Positions 25,843-36,256 are shown, counted from the stretch's first letter. The stretch is 64,000 bases of DNA from an uncultured Pseudomonadales bacterium (GCA_964347565.1 CAYFZD010000001.1:70024-134023), one strand, 5' to 3'. Numbers and translations are program-made. The notes: a model not told the origin generated them from the sequence alone.

Positions 25843-27588
25843 ATGCGTAGACGGATCCAAACAGTCTTTATCAGCTTCCTCTTTGTTTTAGGCGTGATTA
25901 TTCTGCGTCTGAGCTACTGGCAAGTCATCAAAACCGATGAACTCGCCGCCCAGGCACAGGGGCAGTATGCCTCCAAGGATGTTTTCGAAGGGGCCAGGGG
26001 TTCCATCATCACCGCCGATGGTCATCCTCTGGTACTCAACCAAGCCATCTATACTCTAGGCGCTTACCTCCCCAGCGTAGTCGATTCACCTCTCTCCATC
26101 GTCGAGCGTGTGATGCCTCTCATCCAACTCACTGTCGATGACCCAAACATTGCCACCGATAGTGCCAGGCTAGAAATTGCCCAAAAAGAGCTCATCACCA
26201 ATACTAGAGACACCATGCTCGAGCGGCTGGGTAAGACTGGGTATGTAACACTCTTGCGTGCCCTCTCGGTCAACGAAAAAGAAGCGCTGGTACAACTAGA
26301 TATTACCGGGCTGACCTTCGATCAGTCCTTTACGCGGGCTTATCCCGAGGCCTCCATGTCGGCTCATCTGACGGGCTTCGTGGGCAGAGATGATGTAGGG
26401 AGTCCCACAGGGTATTTTGGTCTTGAAGGATACTATAACCGCGAATTATCCGGGCGCAGCCGTATTGAGAAACAAGAGAAAGATGGCAGTGGTAATCCAC
26501 TGCTAGTGGGAGATTTCCAACTCTTGCCAGGTCGAGATGGTCGTACCCTCAAACTTCACCTCGACCGGGGGACCCAGTACGTCGTCGAAGCCGAGCTCAA
26601 AAAAGGACTCGAGCAATTCGGAGCTTCATCTGGGGAAGTCATTGTAATGGACCCCAAAACTGGGGGGATCTTGGCCATGGCGAGCTTGCCATCCTATGAT
26701 CCCGTCAAATTTCAGTTATATGACACCAGCTTGTACAAAAACCCCTCAGTCGCCAACTCATACGAACCAGGGAGCACTTTTAAAGTCTTAGTTATGGCTG
26801 CCGCCTTTAACGAAGGAGTCATTACAGAAAAAGATATTTGTGACATTTGTCGTGAGCCATATACCCTCGGTAAATACACCATCAAAACCTGGAACAACGA
26901 ATACAACTCAGATGCCACGCCAATTGATATCATCGTCCACTCAGACAACGTCGGCATGGTCTGGACACAACAGAAGCTCGGGGGAGAAAAAATGCTCGAA
27001 TATATCAAGAAATTTGGTTTTGGCCAAAAGACCGGGGTTGATATCCAGGAGGAATCATCACCCGCTTTGCGTGCCAAGTGGGGAGATATCGACTATGCCA
27101 CTTCCTCTTTTGGTCAGGGGATTGCAGTGACTAGCATTCAGATGCTCACCGCCGTAGGAGCCATCGCCAATCAGGGGAAACTCATGGAGCCGCATCTAGT
27201 GAGTAGTGTCATCGGTGAGACAGAAGTACCCATCTTGCCCAAAAGTCGAGGTGAGGTAATCACCAAGGAGACAGCGGATCGTATCACGGCTCTCATGGTC
27301 CAGGCGGTTGAACAAGGTGAGGCCAAGTGGGCCGCCCCCAAAGGGTACACGCTCGCCGGCAAAACTGGCACGGCTCAGATCGCGGTGGAGGGACATTATG
27401 ATCGAGAAAAAACAACTGCCTCTTTTGTGGGTTTTGCGCCAGCGCGAGATCCCAAGTTTGTGATGTTGGTCAAGTTGAGCGAGCCCAAGACGAGTCAATG
27501 GGCCGCCGAGACCGCCGCCCCACTCTGGTTTAAAATCGCCCAAAAACTGCTCGTCCGCTACAACGTGCCTCCAGACAAGGATTATTAA
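25843..27588 (+). CDS. ftsI: penicillin-binding protein (class B transpeptidase, FtsI/PBP3-like)
   Basis: N-terminal TM and PBP dimerisation region. The transpeptidase motifs are STFK (GSTFKVL), SDN (HSDNVG) and KTG (AGKTGTAQ). Confidence 0.9.
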   Translation: MRRRIQTVFISFLFVLGVIILRLSYWQVIKTDELAAQAQGQYASKDVFEGARGSIITADGHPLVLNQAIYTLGAYLPSVVDSPLSIVERVMPLIQLTVDDPNIATDSARLEIAQKELITNTRDTMLERLGKTGYVTLLRALSVNEKEALVQLDITGLTFDQSFTRAYPEASMSAHLTGFVGRDDVGSPTGYFGLEGYYNRELSGRSRIEKQEKDGSGNPLLVGDFQLLPGRDGRTLKLHLDRGTQYVVEAELKKGLEQFGASSGEVIVMDPKTGGILAMASLPSYDPVKFQLYDTSLYKNPSVANSYEPGSTFKVLVMAAAFNEGVITEKDICDICREPYTLGKYTIKTWNNEYNSDATPIDIIVHSDNVGMVWTQQKLGGEKMLEYIKKFGFGQKTGVDIQEESSPALRAKWGDIDYATSSFGQGIAVTSIQMLTAVGAIANQGKLMEPHLVSSVIGETEVPILPKSRGEVITKETADRITALMVQAVEQGEAKWAAPKGYTLAGKTGTAQIAVEGHYDREKTTASFVGFAPARDPKFVMLVKLSEPKTSQWAAETAAPLWFKIAQKLLVRYNVPPDKDY

Positions 27589-27617
27589 TCGCTAATCTGC
27601 TAAAATGTGGGCTGACC

Positions 27618-28904
27618 ATGCACAAAATATTGTATTATCTACGCAAATATCTACGCCCCCTCGCTCCTCAGATCTTGGTTAACTACCTCTACCATCTCCC
27701 CAAGGCATATCTTGCGGCACGTATTTATGGCAACCCAGGTGAAGATTTGGAAATTATCGGAGTGACGGGGACCGACGGAAAGACCACTACCTCATCTCTG
27801 ATCTATCACATCTTAAAAACAGCCGGCAAAAAAGTCGCCCTGATCTCGACAGTCGACGCCAAAATCGGGCGCAAAACTCTCAAAACTGGCTTTCATGTCA
27901 CCTCCCCCAATCCTTTTGCGCTTCAGGCCCTCTTGCGCCGTATGCGTTCCCAAAAGATCCGCTACGTCGTCCTCGAGGTGACTAGCCACGGTCTCGATCA
28001 ATTCCGCGTATATCCAATACGTCCCAAAATTGCTGTCTTGACCAATATCACCCACGAACACCTAGATTATCACAAGACTCTCGAGGCCTACCGTGAAGCC
28101 AAGCTTAAACTTTTTCGTCATGCACAACATGCGGTCGTCAATAAGGATTTGCCCGATTTTGCCCTGATCAATACGCGCCTTCGCAAGGTCATGTTCTCGA
28201 CATATTCTCTGCAAGTAGACTCCCAAATGAAACCAGATCATATCGAGTACTTACCAGGTAGTACGCTTTTTACGCTCGGCCAGACAAACTATTCGCTTCC
28301 CCTCACGGGTGAATACAATCTCTACAACGCGCTCGCGGCGATCTCCACGGCGCTCATCCTCGAGATTAGCCCGACCGACATCAAGCGCGCCCTCGCTAGC
28401 TTCAAGGGAGTCAAGGGGAGGCTCGAAGCAGTCGAGAACGTGAGGGGCATCCACGCCTTTGTCGACTTCGCTCACACTCCAGGTGCACTCCGCGCTGTCT
28501 TGACCAACCTCAGAGCCAAGAAAAAATCCTCCGAAAAATTAATTGTGGTTTTTGGCGCGGCCGGAGAGCGCGACGACTCCAAGCGCCCACTCATGGGGGC
28601 CGTGGCCGCTGAGCTCGCAGATAAAATCGTCTTAACGAGCGAGGATCCTCGTCACGAAGATCCCAAAGACATTATCAAAGAGATCCTCTCTGGAGTCCCC
28701 AAAAAGAAAAGACCAGACGTAGTGATTGAAATTGATCGCGCCCAGGCTATTGATCGAGCGATCAACCACCTAGCCAAGAGGGGTGATTGGGTGGTAAGTT
28801 GTGGTAAGGGCCACGAAGAATCGATGAATCTCGATGGCTTTACCGAGACCCCCTGGTCTGAGGTCGAGGCATTACAAAGAGCCTTATCTAAAAAAATAAT
28901 ATGA
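27618..28904 (+). CDS. murE: UDP-N-acetylmuramoyl-L-alanyl-D-glutamate--diamino-acid ligase MurE (short N-terminal domain)
   Basis: Mur ligase P-loop IIGVTGTDGKTTT. The HVTSPNPFALQALLRRM block resembles the MurE TTPEAxxLxxxL region, and there is a C-terminal Mur ligase domain. Only about 50 aa precede the P-loop. Confidence 0.8.
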   Translation: MHKILYYLRKYLRPLAPQILVNYLYHLPKAYLAARIYGNPGEDLEIIGVTGTDGKTTTSSLIYHILKTAGKKVALISTVDAKIGRKTLKTGFHVTSPNPFALQALLRRMRSQKIRYVVLEVTSHGLDQFRVYPIRPKIAVLTNITHEHLDYHKTLEAYREAKLKLFRHAQHAVVNKDLPDFALINTRLRKVMFSTYSLQVDSQMKPDHIEYLPGSTLFTLGQTNYSLPLTGEYNLYNALAAISTALILEISPTDIKRALASFKGVKGRLEAVENVRGIHAFVDFAHTPGALRAVLTNLRAKKKSSEKLIVVFGAAGERDDSKRPLMGAVAAELADKIVLTSEDPRHEDPKDIIKEILSGVPKKKRPDVVIEIDRAQAIDRAINHLAKRGDWVVSCGKGHEESMNLDGFTETPWSEVEALQRALSKKII

Positions 28905-29668
28905 TACAAGATTTTTCACACACCGCCGCTATTATTCTTGCTGCTGGTCGCGGTACTCGCATGAATGCTAAAACAAAAAACAAAGTGGCTTTCAAGCTAA
29001 ACGGTCAGCCGATGATTGCCCACACTGTTGATCACCTTTATCAAGTTGGGATAAATAATATTATTGCGGTCGTCGGATATCAAGCCGACTCGGTTCGTCA
29101 AGCTCTGGGAAACAAGGTCAAATATGCTCATCAAACTGACCAAATGGGAACAGGCCATGCCGTCAAAGCCTCCCTCCCGTACCTCGATTCTACTGTCCAG
29201 ACTTTACTCACGGTCTACGGCGATGACTCTGCCTTCTATCCTCCTTCGTTATTCACCGAAATGGTTGCCAAGAAAGAGAGCTTAGGTTGCGATATTTTGT
29301 TTCTGACTATCCACAAAGACGATCCAACTGGTTTGGGACGAATAGTTAGAGATGCTCAGGGCAAGATTTTGCGCATTGTCGAAGAGAAGAATGCCACGGA
29401 AGATGAACGTAAAATCCGAGAGATCAATACAGGATTCTACTGCTTTGACCGAGATTTTCTCGTCCAATATATCGAACAAATCCAGAAAAATCCTGTCTCA
29501 GGTGAGTATTACTTAACAGACATGGTTGAGATAGCTATAAAAAACGGCAAAAAGGTTGAAGCGCTCTTTATCAAAGATGACTCTATCTGGCACGGAGTCA
29601 ACTACCGTGCCGATCTCGTTAAGGCAAAGAAAAAATCAATATCAAAGGATTATGCGCAACAAATATAA
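28901..29668 (+). CDS. UDP-GlcNAc pyrophosphorylase-like nucleotidyltransferase (GlmU N-terminal domain only)
   Basis: AIILAAGRGTRMN...KVAFKLNGQPMIAHTVDHL matches the GlmU uridyltransferase domain. No left-handed-helix acetyltransferase domain follows (255 aa). Confidence 0.7.
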   Translation: MIQDFSHTAAIILAAGRGTRMNAKTKNKVAFKLNGQPMIAHTVDHLYQVGINNIIAVVGYQADSVRQALGNKVKYAHQTDQMGTGHAVKASLPYLDSTVQTLLTVYGDDSAFYPPSLFTEMVAKKESLGCDILFLTIHKDDPTGLGRIVRDAQGKILRIVEEKNATEDERKIREINTGFYCFDRDFLVQYIEQIQKNPVSGEYYLTDMVEIAIKNGKKVEALFIKDDSIWHGVNYRADLVKAKKKSISKDYAQQI

Positions 29669-30650
29669 AATAGTCGCCATCGGTGGAGGTACGGGGACTT
29701 TTACCTTACTTACAGGTCTCAAAGAATATAGCGATCTTGATATCACAGCGATTGTCACCATGGCAGATGATGGTGGTAGCAACAAAGTCTTACGAGACGA
29801 ATTCGGACTCCTGCCTACCAGTGGGATTCGCCAAGCAATCGTTGCGCTCTCCAAAGACACGACACTCCTACGCAAATTATTTGAATATCGATTCTATCAA
29901 GGCACGGGGATTACGGGTATGACATTTGGCAACCTCTTTATCGCCGCCGTTTCCGATATCTTGGGGTCACAAAAACAAGCCATCGAAGAAACTTGTGCTC
30001 TCCTTGGTGTCCAAGGTCATATCTTGCCGGTCAGCTACGAAAACACATCCCTAGTCGCCACGTATCAGGATGGCACAGAGGTGCTGGGCGAGCACTATAT
30101 CGACCTCAGTAACCCCAAAGTTGCCAAGCAAAGGATCATCAATCTTCGTTCTATCCCCAAAATAAAAATTGACGACGCCGCCAAATCTGCCATTTTGCAC
30201 GCCGACATGATCGTGATTGGGCCAGGAGATTTATATACCAATACCATTGCCAATTTAGTGGTGAGCGGAGTCAAAGAGGCAATAGAAGGGAGTATGGCCA
30301 AAGCGGTATTTGTAATGAACTTGATGAGTCGCTCAGGCGAGACCTACGCCTACAAAGCTAGTGATTTTTTGGATGATTTGTCTAAATACATAAATCCTGA
30401 TCGACTTGACTACATAGTCGAGAATATCGAAACTTCTCATAGTCCAGCCGTTCTCAAAAAATATGCGGCCGAAGGATCTGTCCCCGTAGAAGATGATTTA
30501 GATGAAGTGTGGCACCGTGCCAAAGTAATTAGAGCGAGAATGCGCTCCAGCCACAAAGTAGTAAAAAACAAAAGTGATACACTGCCCCGTAGCATGGTGC
30601 GTCACAACCCAGATTTACTGGCCAAAGAAATAATAAAGTTGTTAAAGTAA
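29652..30650 (+). CDS. YvcK/GlmR-family (CofD-like, UPF0052) gluconeogenesis factor / UDP-sugar-binding regulator
   Basis: YKIVAIGGGTGTFTLLTGLKEY...DITAIVTMADDGGS is the signature N-terminus of YvcK/CofD-like proteins. Start at MRNKYK overlaps the upstream stop. Confidence 0.85.
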   Translation: MRNKYKIVAIGGGTGTFTLLTGLKEYSDLDITAIVTMADDGGSNKVLRDEFGLLPTSGIRQAIVALSKDTTLLRKLFEYRFYQGTGITGMTFGNLFIAAVSDILGSQKQAIEETCALLGVQGHILPVSYENTSLVATYQDGTEVLGEHYIDLSNPKVAKQRIINLRSIPKIKIDDAAKSAILHADMIVIGPGDLYTNTIANLVVSGVKEAIEGSMAKAVFVMNLMSRSGETYAYKASDFLDDLSKYINPDRLDYIVENIETSHSPAVLKKYAAEGSVPVEDDLDEVWHRAKVIRARMRSSHKVVKNKSDTLPRSMVRHNPDLLAKEIIKLLK

Positions 30651-30654
30651 TTTT

Positions 30655-31917
30655 ATGAAAGCATATTTTATCGGTCTTAAAGGGGTGGGCATGACGTCCC
30701 TGGCTCTCGCCATGCAAGATGATGGTTGGTCGGTATCTGGCTCAGATACAAACGAATCATTCATTACCGATGATATCCTGCGTGCGCGTAACCTAGGGGT
30801 CCGTCCCCTAGGGTCTGAAGTTCCAGAGGGGACGGACCTAATTGTGTATTCTGCTGCCTACTCACCTCCCCAAACCAAGATCAGGACTCTCTCCCTAGCG
30901 CAGGCACTAGCCGAATTTGTCCAAGACAAAAAGGTCATCGCGGTCGCTGGCGTGGGTGGCAAGACTACGACTACTGCTATGCTCGCCGCTCTCTTCCACT
31001 TTGCTGGGCGTGATGTTGGTTATTACGTCGGTACGAGCTCCATCGCAGGGCTAGAAGCCCCAGGGGCCAGTGGGAGCGATCCCTACTTCGTGGTCGAGGC
31101 TGACGAGTATGCCATCAGTAAAACTGATCCTCGCCCCAAATTCGCCCTACTCTCACCAGAGATTGTTATCACCACCAATATTATTCACGACCACCCCGAT
31201 ATCTATCCCGACGAAGCTGCCACTCGCCAAGTCTTTGCCGACCTCGTCGCCTCCATTCCCCCGGGTGGCACCTGGATCTGCAATCCCGCTGACCCGCTCA
31301 CCGCAGAAATACTAAGAGGATCAGTTCCCCAGTGTCGTGTGATCACCTACAATAGTGATTTACCTGATTTGGATTTACAGGTTTTTGGTGCACAAAATCA
31401 ACTCGATGCCCACGCCGCTGTCCTGGCCGGCGTGGCTGCTGGTTTGACCCGTGAGCAAGCGATCAGAGCGATCCATAACTATCGCGGGGCAGGGCGGCGC
31501 CAGGAGAGTCATGGTGAGGTAGCAGGACGCCTCCTCTATGATGACTATGGTCACCATCCGCGCGAGATCGAGCTTACCCTCAAGTCTTTTAAAGAGCATT
31601 TCCCCACTCGTCGACTTCTCCTCGTCTTCGAGTCCCACACTTATAGTCGGACTGAGTCACTCCTTTCTGAATTTGCAGCCGCTCTCTCCCTCTCTGACCT
31701 GACTTTTATCATGCCAATCTTCGAGTCGGCGCGTGAAAAAGGGACTCCCCATACGGTAACCACCGAATCATTCGCATCACTCATCGAAGGTGCTATTCCA
31801 CTTACCTGGGACACAGCCGCCTCTACAGTTTGGGACTCATCCCAGCCTGGCGACCTGATCCTCACGATGGGAGCTGGCTTCGTCTACAAACTCCACACGG
31901 AGTTTAAGCTAAAATAA
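30655..31917 (+). CDS. murC: UDP-N-acetylmuramate--L-alanine ligase MurC (or Mpl-like)
   Basis: YFIGLKGVGMTSLALAM N-terminal Rossmann motif of MurC/Mpl, followed by the Mur ligase P-loop AVAGVGGKTTTTAML. Confidence 0.8.
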   Translation: MKAYFIGLKGVGMTSLALAMQDDGWSVSGSDTNESFITDDILRARNLGVRPLGSEVPEGTDLIVYSAAYSPPQTKIRTLSLAQALAEFVQDKKVIAVAGVGGKTTTTAMLAALFHFAGRDVGYYVGTSSIAGLEAPGASGSDPYFVVEADEYAISKTDPRPKFALLSPEIVITTNIIHDHPDIYPDEAATRQVFADLVASIPPGGTWICNPADPLTAEILRGSVPQCRVITYNSDLPDLDLQVFGAQNQLDAHAAVLAGVAAGLTREQAIRAIHNYRGAGRRQESHGEVAGRLLYDDYGHHPREIELTLKSFKEHFPTRRLLLVFESHTYSRTESLLSEFAAALSLSDLTFIMPIFESAREKGTPHTVTTESFASLIEGAIPLTWDTAASTVWDSSQPGDLILTMGAGFVYKLHTEFKLK

Positions 31918-31921
31918 CACC

Positions 31922-32893
31922 ATGAACTATACCTTCATCACTCAATCGCTAGGAGTTGACAGACTCAAGCAGAATGAACCACTCGCCAAACATACCTATT
32001 TCAAGCTCGGTGGTCCCGCTGACCTACTCTACGAAGCCAAAACCAGTGAAGAGCTACTGGGGGCCGTCCAGTCTGCCATCCTCTACAAAATTCCCTATCT
32101 GGTAATAGGCGGAGGTAGCAACATTCTCGTCTCTGACTTAGGGTTTCGCGGATTAGTCATCAAAAACAAAACTAGTCAGATCCAACTCAAGGGTTTCGCC
32201 GGGGGTGTGGAGAGAGGGAAATTGGATCTCAAAGAAGCGATTGTTCAGGCAGATTCCGGCGTTCCCGCCAACCTGCTGATCCGCTACACCCTCGACCAAG
32301 GATTGGCCGGATTAGAGGATATGTTGGGTCTACCAGGAACGGTGGGAGGTGCCATTTATAACAACTCCCATCATCTCGACAAACTCTTTGGAGAACACAT
32401 TCTCGAGGTTGAGGCAATTGATCGTGAAGGAAAGATCAAGAAATATACTCAAAAAGATCTCCAATTTTCATACGATTATAGTATTTTTCACAAGACCAAA
32501 GAAATTATACTTTCGGCCTCATTTCAGCTTAAGAGAGGGGATAAAGACCAATTGTGGGGGATCGCCAATGCCGCCGTGCAACGTCGTGCGACCACCCAAC
32601 CACTGGGAGTCCCTAGCTCAGGGTGCATGTTCAAAAATATTCCGCTCTCCGATACTATGCGCCTAGGACTCTCCACTTCCTCGGCTGGGTACTTGATCGA
32701 CAAGGCCGGACTCAAGGGGGAGAGAGTGGGGGGAGCCAGCGTTTCTGATGTCCACGCCAACTTTATCGTGAATGACGGCACCGCCACGAGCCAGGATGTA
32801 CTCGATTTGATCAAGGTTGTCCAAGCAAAGATCAAAGCCAAATTCGGCGTTGACTTGGAATTAGAGGTAATTATCATTAGTCAAAACACCTAA
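31922..32893 (+). CDS. murB: UDP-N-acetylenolpyruvoylglucosamine reductase MurB
   Basis: FAD-binding domain (KHTYFKLGGPADLLYE...YLVIGGGSNILVSD) and C-terminal MurB domain (GCMFKN...AGYLID). Confidence 0.9.
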   Translation: MNYTFITQSLGVDRLKQNEPLAKHTYFKLGGPADLLYEAKTSEELLGAVQSAILYKIPYLVIGGGSNILVSDLGFRGLVIKNKTSQIQLKGFAGGVERGKLDLKEAIVQADSGVPANLLIRYTLDQGLAGLEDMLGLPGTVGGAIYNNSHHLDKLFGEHILEVEAIDREGKIKKYTQKDLQFSYDYSIFHKTKEIILSASFQLKRGDKDQLWGIANAAVQRRATTQPLGVPSSGCMFKNIPLSDTMRLGLSTSSAGYLIDKAGLKGERVGGASVSDVHANFIVNDGTATSQDVLDLIKVVQAKIKAKFGVDLELEVIIISQNT

Positions 32894-32913
32894 TCTCAGC
32901 TACAATCTTCCAC

Positions 32914-34227
32914 ATGACAAGTTTTAAGATCATTGGCGGTACACCTCTTAAAGGTACGGTCAAACTAGGGGGAGCCAAAAACGCCAGCTTCAAGCTCATG
33001 ATCGCCGCGGCCATGGGGCAGGGAGAATCCAGATTACTCAATATGAGTCGTATCGGCGACGTCGACGTCACGTTCAAAACGCTCAATGCCATCGGAATCC
33101 AGTGTACTTGGCTTGGAGATAACGAACTCTCAATTCGAGGGGGGACACTCACGACCGACACGATTCCCCATTTCTCAGGGGAGAAAACTCGTGCGGCCAC
33201 GCTCTTTGCTGGTCTTTTGTTAAATTCATTGCATCACGCTGTCATTCCTATGCCTGGAGGCTGTGCGTTGGGCGACCGCCCCATTGATCGCCACCTAGAG
33301 GGTCTGCGAGCTATGGGAGCACAGATCGATTGTCAGGAAGATGGCATTACCATGTCCGCCCCCACTGCTCTCCACGGTGTCACCTATCGCTTCGAGAAAA
33401 AATCCCATACAGGCACCGAAGCCTTGATCATCGCAGCAGTCCTCGCAGAGGGACAAACGATCATCGACAATGCCGCCCTCGAACCAGAGATCGACGATCT
33501 GATCACATTCTTTACTCAAATGGGGGCTCAAATCAAGCGTGAAAATGATTCGATCGTGATCGATGGTGTCAAAGAGCTACGAGGCGCCCATCATACTGTC
33601 ATATCAGATCGCAACGAAGCCGTCTCCTTTGCAACCATGGCCATCGCCACCAAAGGAGATATTTTTGTGGAGGGAGCGCGGGCTGATCATTTGACCGCTT
33701 TCCTCTCCAAACTCAGTGAGGTCGGGGGTAAATATGAAGTTACTGGAGAGGGGATACGTTTTTATTACACAGACCCTCTGCGACCTACTGACCTCACTAC
33801 TGCTCCCGAGCCAGGATTTATGACCGACTGGCAGCCACTCTGGACGACCATGATGACCCAAGCAGAAGGAATCTCCACGGTCATCGAGGCAGTCACCCAG
33901 CACCGCCTCGCTTTTACCTCCCAACTAGTCCAGATGGGAGCTCAAATTGAATATTTTGATCCCGCTCCCCCTGATCCTGCCAGCTTTTACCAGTTCAACT
34001 ATCCAGAAACTACGAGTTACCCCCACGGCGCGAGGATCACGGGTCCCACGCTCCTTACTGGTCGTCAGCTGACTGTCCCAGACCTTCGTGGCGGCGCGAC
34101 CCTTGTCATGGCCGCCCTGATGGCACAGGGTGAATCAATCATCGATAACATCGAGCTCATCGATCGGGGCTATGAGCGCTTTGACGAGCGTTTAGAGGCT
34201 TTATCAGCAAATATTTCGAGGATTTAG
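32914..34227 (+). CDS. murA: UDP-N-acetylglucosamine 1-carboxyvinyltransferase MurA
   Basis: FKIIGGTPLKGTVKLGGAKNASFKLMIAAAM is the canonical MurA N-terminus. An active-site loop Cys lies in PGGCALGDRPID. Confidence 0.95.
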   Translation: MTSFKIIGGTPLKGTVKLGGAKNASFKLMIAAAMGQGESRLLNMSRIGDVDVTFKTLNAIGIQCTWLGDNELSIRGGTLTTDTIPHFSGEKTRAATLFAGLLLNSLHHAVIPMPGGCALGDRPIDRHLEGLRAMGAQIDCQEDGITMSAPTALHGVTYRFEKKSHTGTEALIIAAVLAEGQTIIDNAALEPEIDDLITFFTQMGAQIKRENDSIVIDGVKELRGAHHTVISDRNEAVSFATMAIATKGDIFVEGARADHLTAFLSKLSEVGGKYEVTGEGIRFYYTDPLRPTDLTTAPEPGFMTDWQPLWTTMMTQAEGISTVIEAVTQHRLAFTSQLVQMGAQIEYFDPAPPDPASFYQFNYPETTSYPHGARITGPTLLTGRQLTVPDLRGGATLVMAALMAQGESIIDNIELIDRGYERFDERLEALSANISRI

Positions 34228-34239
34228 TATACTAGTGGC

Positions 34240-34587
34240 ATGCTCACGCACACCATTTCTTTCAAAAATGCTTTCCGCGGTATCTGGACCGCTCTCACCA
34301 CACAAGTCAATCTCCGTGTCCATTTCCTCATTGGCTCACTCACACTCATTTTTGCGGTTTACCTAGCGATACCCATTTCTCAAATTCTCATTTTGGTCTT
34401 GACGATCGCGCTGGTCATGTTGGCGGAAATGGTGAACACTGCTATCGAATTTTTTTGTGACGCGATTACCTTAGACCAGAATGACTTTATCAAACATGCC
34501 AAAGATGTCTCTGCGGGGGCCGTTCTCCTCACTGCCATCTTTGCCCTCATCATCGGCTTGACGGTTTTCCTTCCCCATATTATATGA
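34240..34587 (+). CDS. dgkA: DgkA-family lipid kinase (undecaprenol / diacylglycerol kinase)
   Basis: 115 aa with 3 TM helices and the AEMVNTAIE...DQND...AKDVSAGAVLL motifs of the DgkA family. Confidence 0.85.
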   Translation: MLTHTISFKNAFRGIWTALTTQVNLRVHFLIGSLTLIFAVYLAIPISQILILVLTIALVMLAEMVNTAIEFFCDAITLDQNDFIKHAKDVSAGAVLLTAIFALIIGLTVFLPHII

Positions 34588-35612
34588 ACAACTTACTTGG
34601 CTTTCTCCTCTTTTCTTTTACCATCAACGCCGCCCTTATCGTCCCTTTCATCAATTTACTCTATAGCCTCAAGTTCCAGCGACCCGGGCGTGGGACAGCT
34701 GATTTTATGGGTACCGTGAATTCCATTTTCAATCGACTTCATAAGAAGAAAGTCGGCACCCCTGTGGGTGGGGGACTACTCATTATTGTCACTACCACTC
34801 TGTTGTTTACCCTTGTGATAGGGATGTTGCGCTTAGTCGGCGCCGATCTACAGAGTGTTTATGATTATCGGGGCGAGATCAATGTCATTTTTGCCACTTT
34901 TATCCTCTACGGCTTGCTCGGGCTCTACGACGACATCATCAAATTCTTTGGTAAAACCACCTATCTGGTAGGGATCTCTTGGCGCTTTAAATTTATCGCT
35001 CAACTCGTGATCGGTCTGGGGATTGGCTGGTATCTCTATCAAGTACTAGGTATCAGCATTATCAATGTTCCCTACTTTGGGGTCGTCGACCTAGGCTGGT
35101 TTTTTGTCCCGCTCTCGGCCTTTATCATCACCGCCTTTAGCAACGCCGTCAACGTCACCGACGGACTCGATGGCCTCGCCGGGGGACTCCTGATGATCAC
35201 ACTCTTCTCCCTCATTATCCTCGCCACCGCTATCCTAGATACGCCAATTACTCTTTTTATTGCTCTCTGGCTGGGCGCTATTTTGGCCTTTCTCTACTTT
35301 AATACTTATCCCGCTCGTCTCACCATGGGGGACGTCGGCGCACTCTCTTTTGGAGCCACGCTCGCGGTCATCGGTCTCATGCTGGGTAAAATCATCGCCG
35401 TTACTATCATCGGCGGACTCTTTGTCCTTGAGATTGCTTCAAGTTCTATCCAAATGTTTGGCAAACGCTATCTCGGCCGTCGCCTCTTACCCCTCTCTCC
35501 TTTCCACCTTTGGCTCCAGTCAATTGGCTGGGAAGAAACTAAGATCGTGAGCCGCGCCTGGCTCGCTGGCATTATTTTGGCCCTGTTTGGTCTCTGGCTG
35601 GCGTTTTTATGA
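34584..35612 (+). CDS. mraY: phospho-N-acetylmuramoyl-pentapeptide transferase MraY
   Basis: NAVNVTDGLDGLAGG and the other MraY blocks, about 10 TM helices. Confidence 0.95.
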   Translation: MNNLLGFLLFSFTINAALIVPFINLLYSLKFQRPGRGTADFMGTVNSIFNRLHKKKVGTPVGGGLLIIVTTTLLFTLVIGMLRLVGADLQSVYDYRGEINVIFATFILYGLLGLYDDIIKFFGKTTYLVGISWRFKFIAQLVIGLGIGWYLYQVLGISIINVPYFGVVDLGWFFVPLSAFIITAFSNAVNVTDGLDGLAGGLLMITLFSLIILATAILDTPITLFIALWLGAILAFLYFNTYPARLTMGDVGALSFGATLAVIGLMLGKIIAVTIIGGLFVLEIASSSIQMFGKRYLGRRLLPLSPFHLWLQSIGWEETKIVSRAWLAGIILALFGLWLAFL

Positions 35613-36256
35613 GCTCTGGACCTATCATCGTTTTTGATTCGGGAATTGGCGGGTTGTCGATTTATCGTCCCCTGAAAAGGGCTTTACCCCACGAAAACAT
35701 TATTTACTTCAGTGACCCGAATCATTTTCCCTATGGAGATAAGAGCTCTACCTGGTTATCTGAAAGATTCACTGAGCTTTGTCAAGAATTCAGTCTACTC
35801 TCTCCCAAGCTTGTTGTCCTAGCCTGTAATTCTGCCACCACTAACATCATCAGTGAGGTACGCTCTCACCTCAGTTGTCCAGTCGTAGGGGTAGAGCCAG
35901 TCATTAAACCACTCTCTCAATTTACCAACTCTCTCGCACTGATGACCAAGGCGACAGCCAACTCAAAGAGCACTTTGGAGCTACTCAAAAAATATGGTCC
36001 CCATGTCAAGATTTTTGTTCCTACAGGACTAGCGGTTGCGATCGAGTACAACGATTATCATCAAGTAAAAAAAAGTATCTCACAGATTAAAAAGACTGTT
36101 CTTAAATATCAGTGTGAGGCCGTGGGATTGTCATGTACTCACTACCCCTTAATACTTCCACTACTTCAAGAAGCCATGCCAAACATCAAATTTATTGACC
36201 CCTCTGAGGCAGTCGTCCAAGAGATCCAGAGGGTGCTAAAATTGAACCAAACATGA
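35609..36256 (+). CDS. murI: glutamate racemase MurI (short)
   Basis: IIVFDSGIGGLSIY...YFSDPNHFPYGDKS...LVLACNSATT, including the first catalytic Cys motif of glutamate racemases. 215 aa. Confidence 0.8.
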   Translation: MSSGPIIVFDSGIGGLSIYRPLKRALPHENIIYFSDPNHFPYGDKSSTWLSERFTELCQEFSLLSPKLVVLACNSATTNIISEVRSHLSCPVVGVEPVIKPLSQFTNSLALMTKATANSKSTLELLKKYGPHVKIFVPTGLAVAIEYNDYHQVKKSISQIKKTVLKYQCEAVGLSCTHYPLILPLLQEAMPNIKFIDPSEAVVQEIQRVLKLNQT

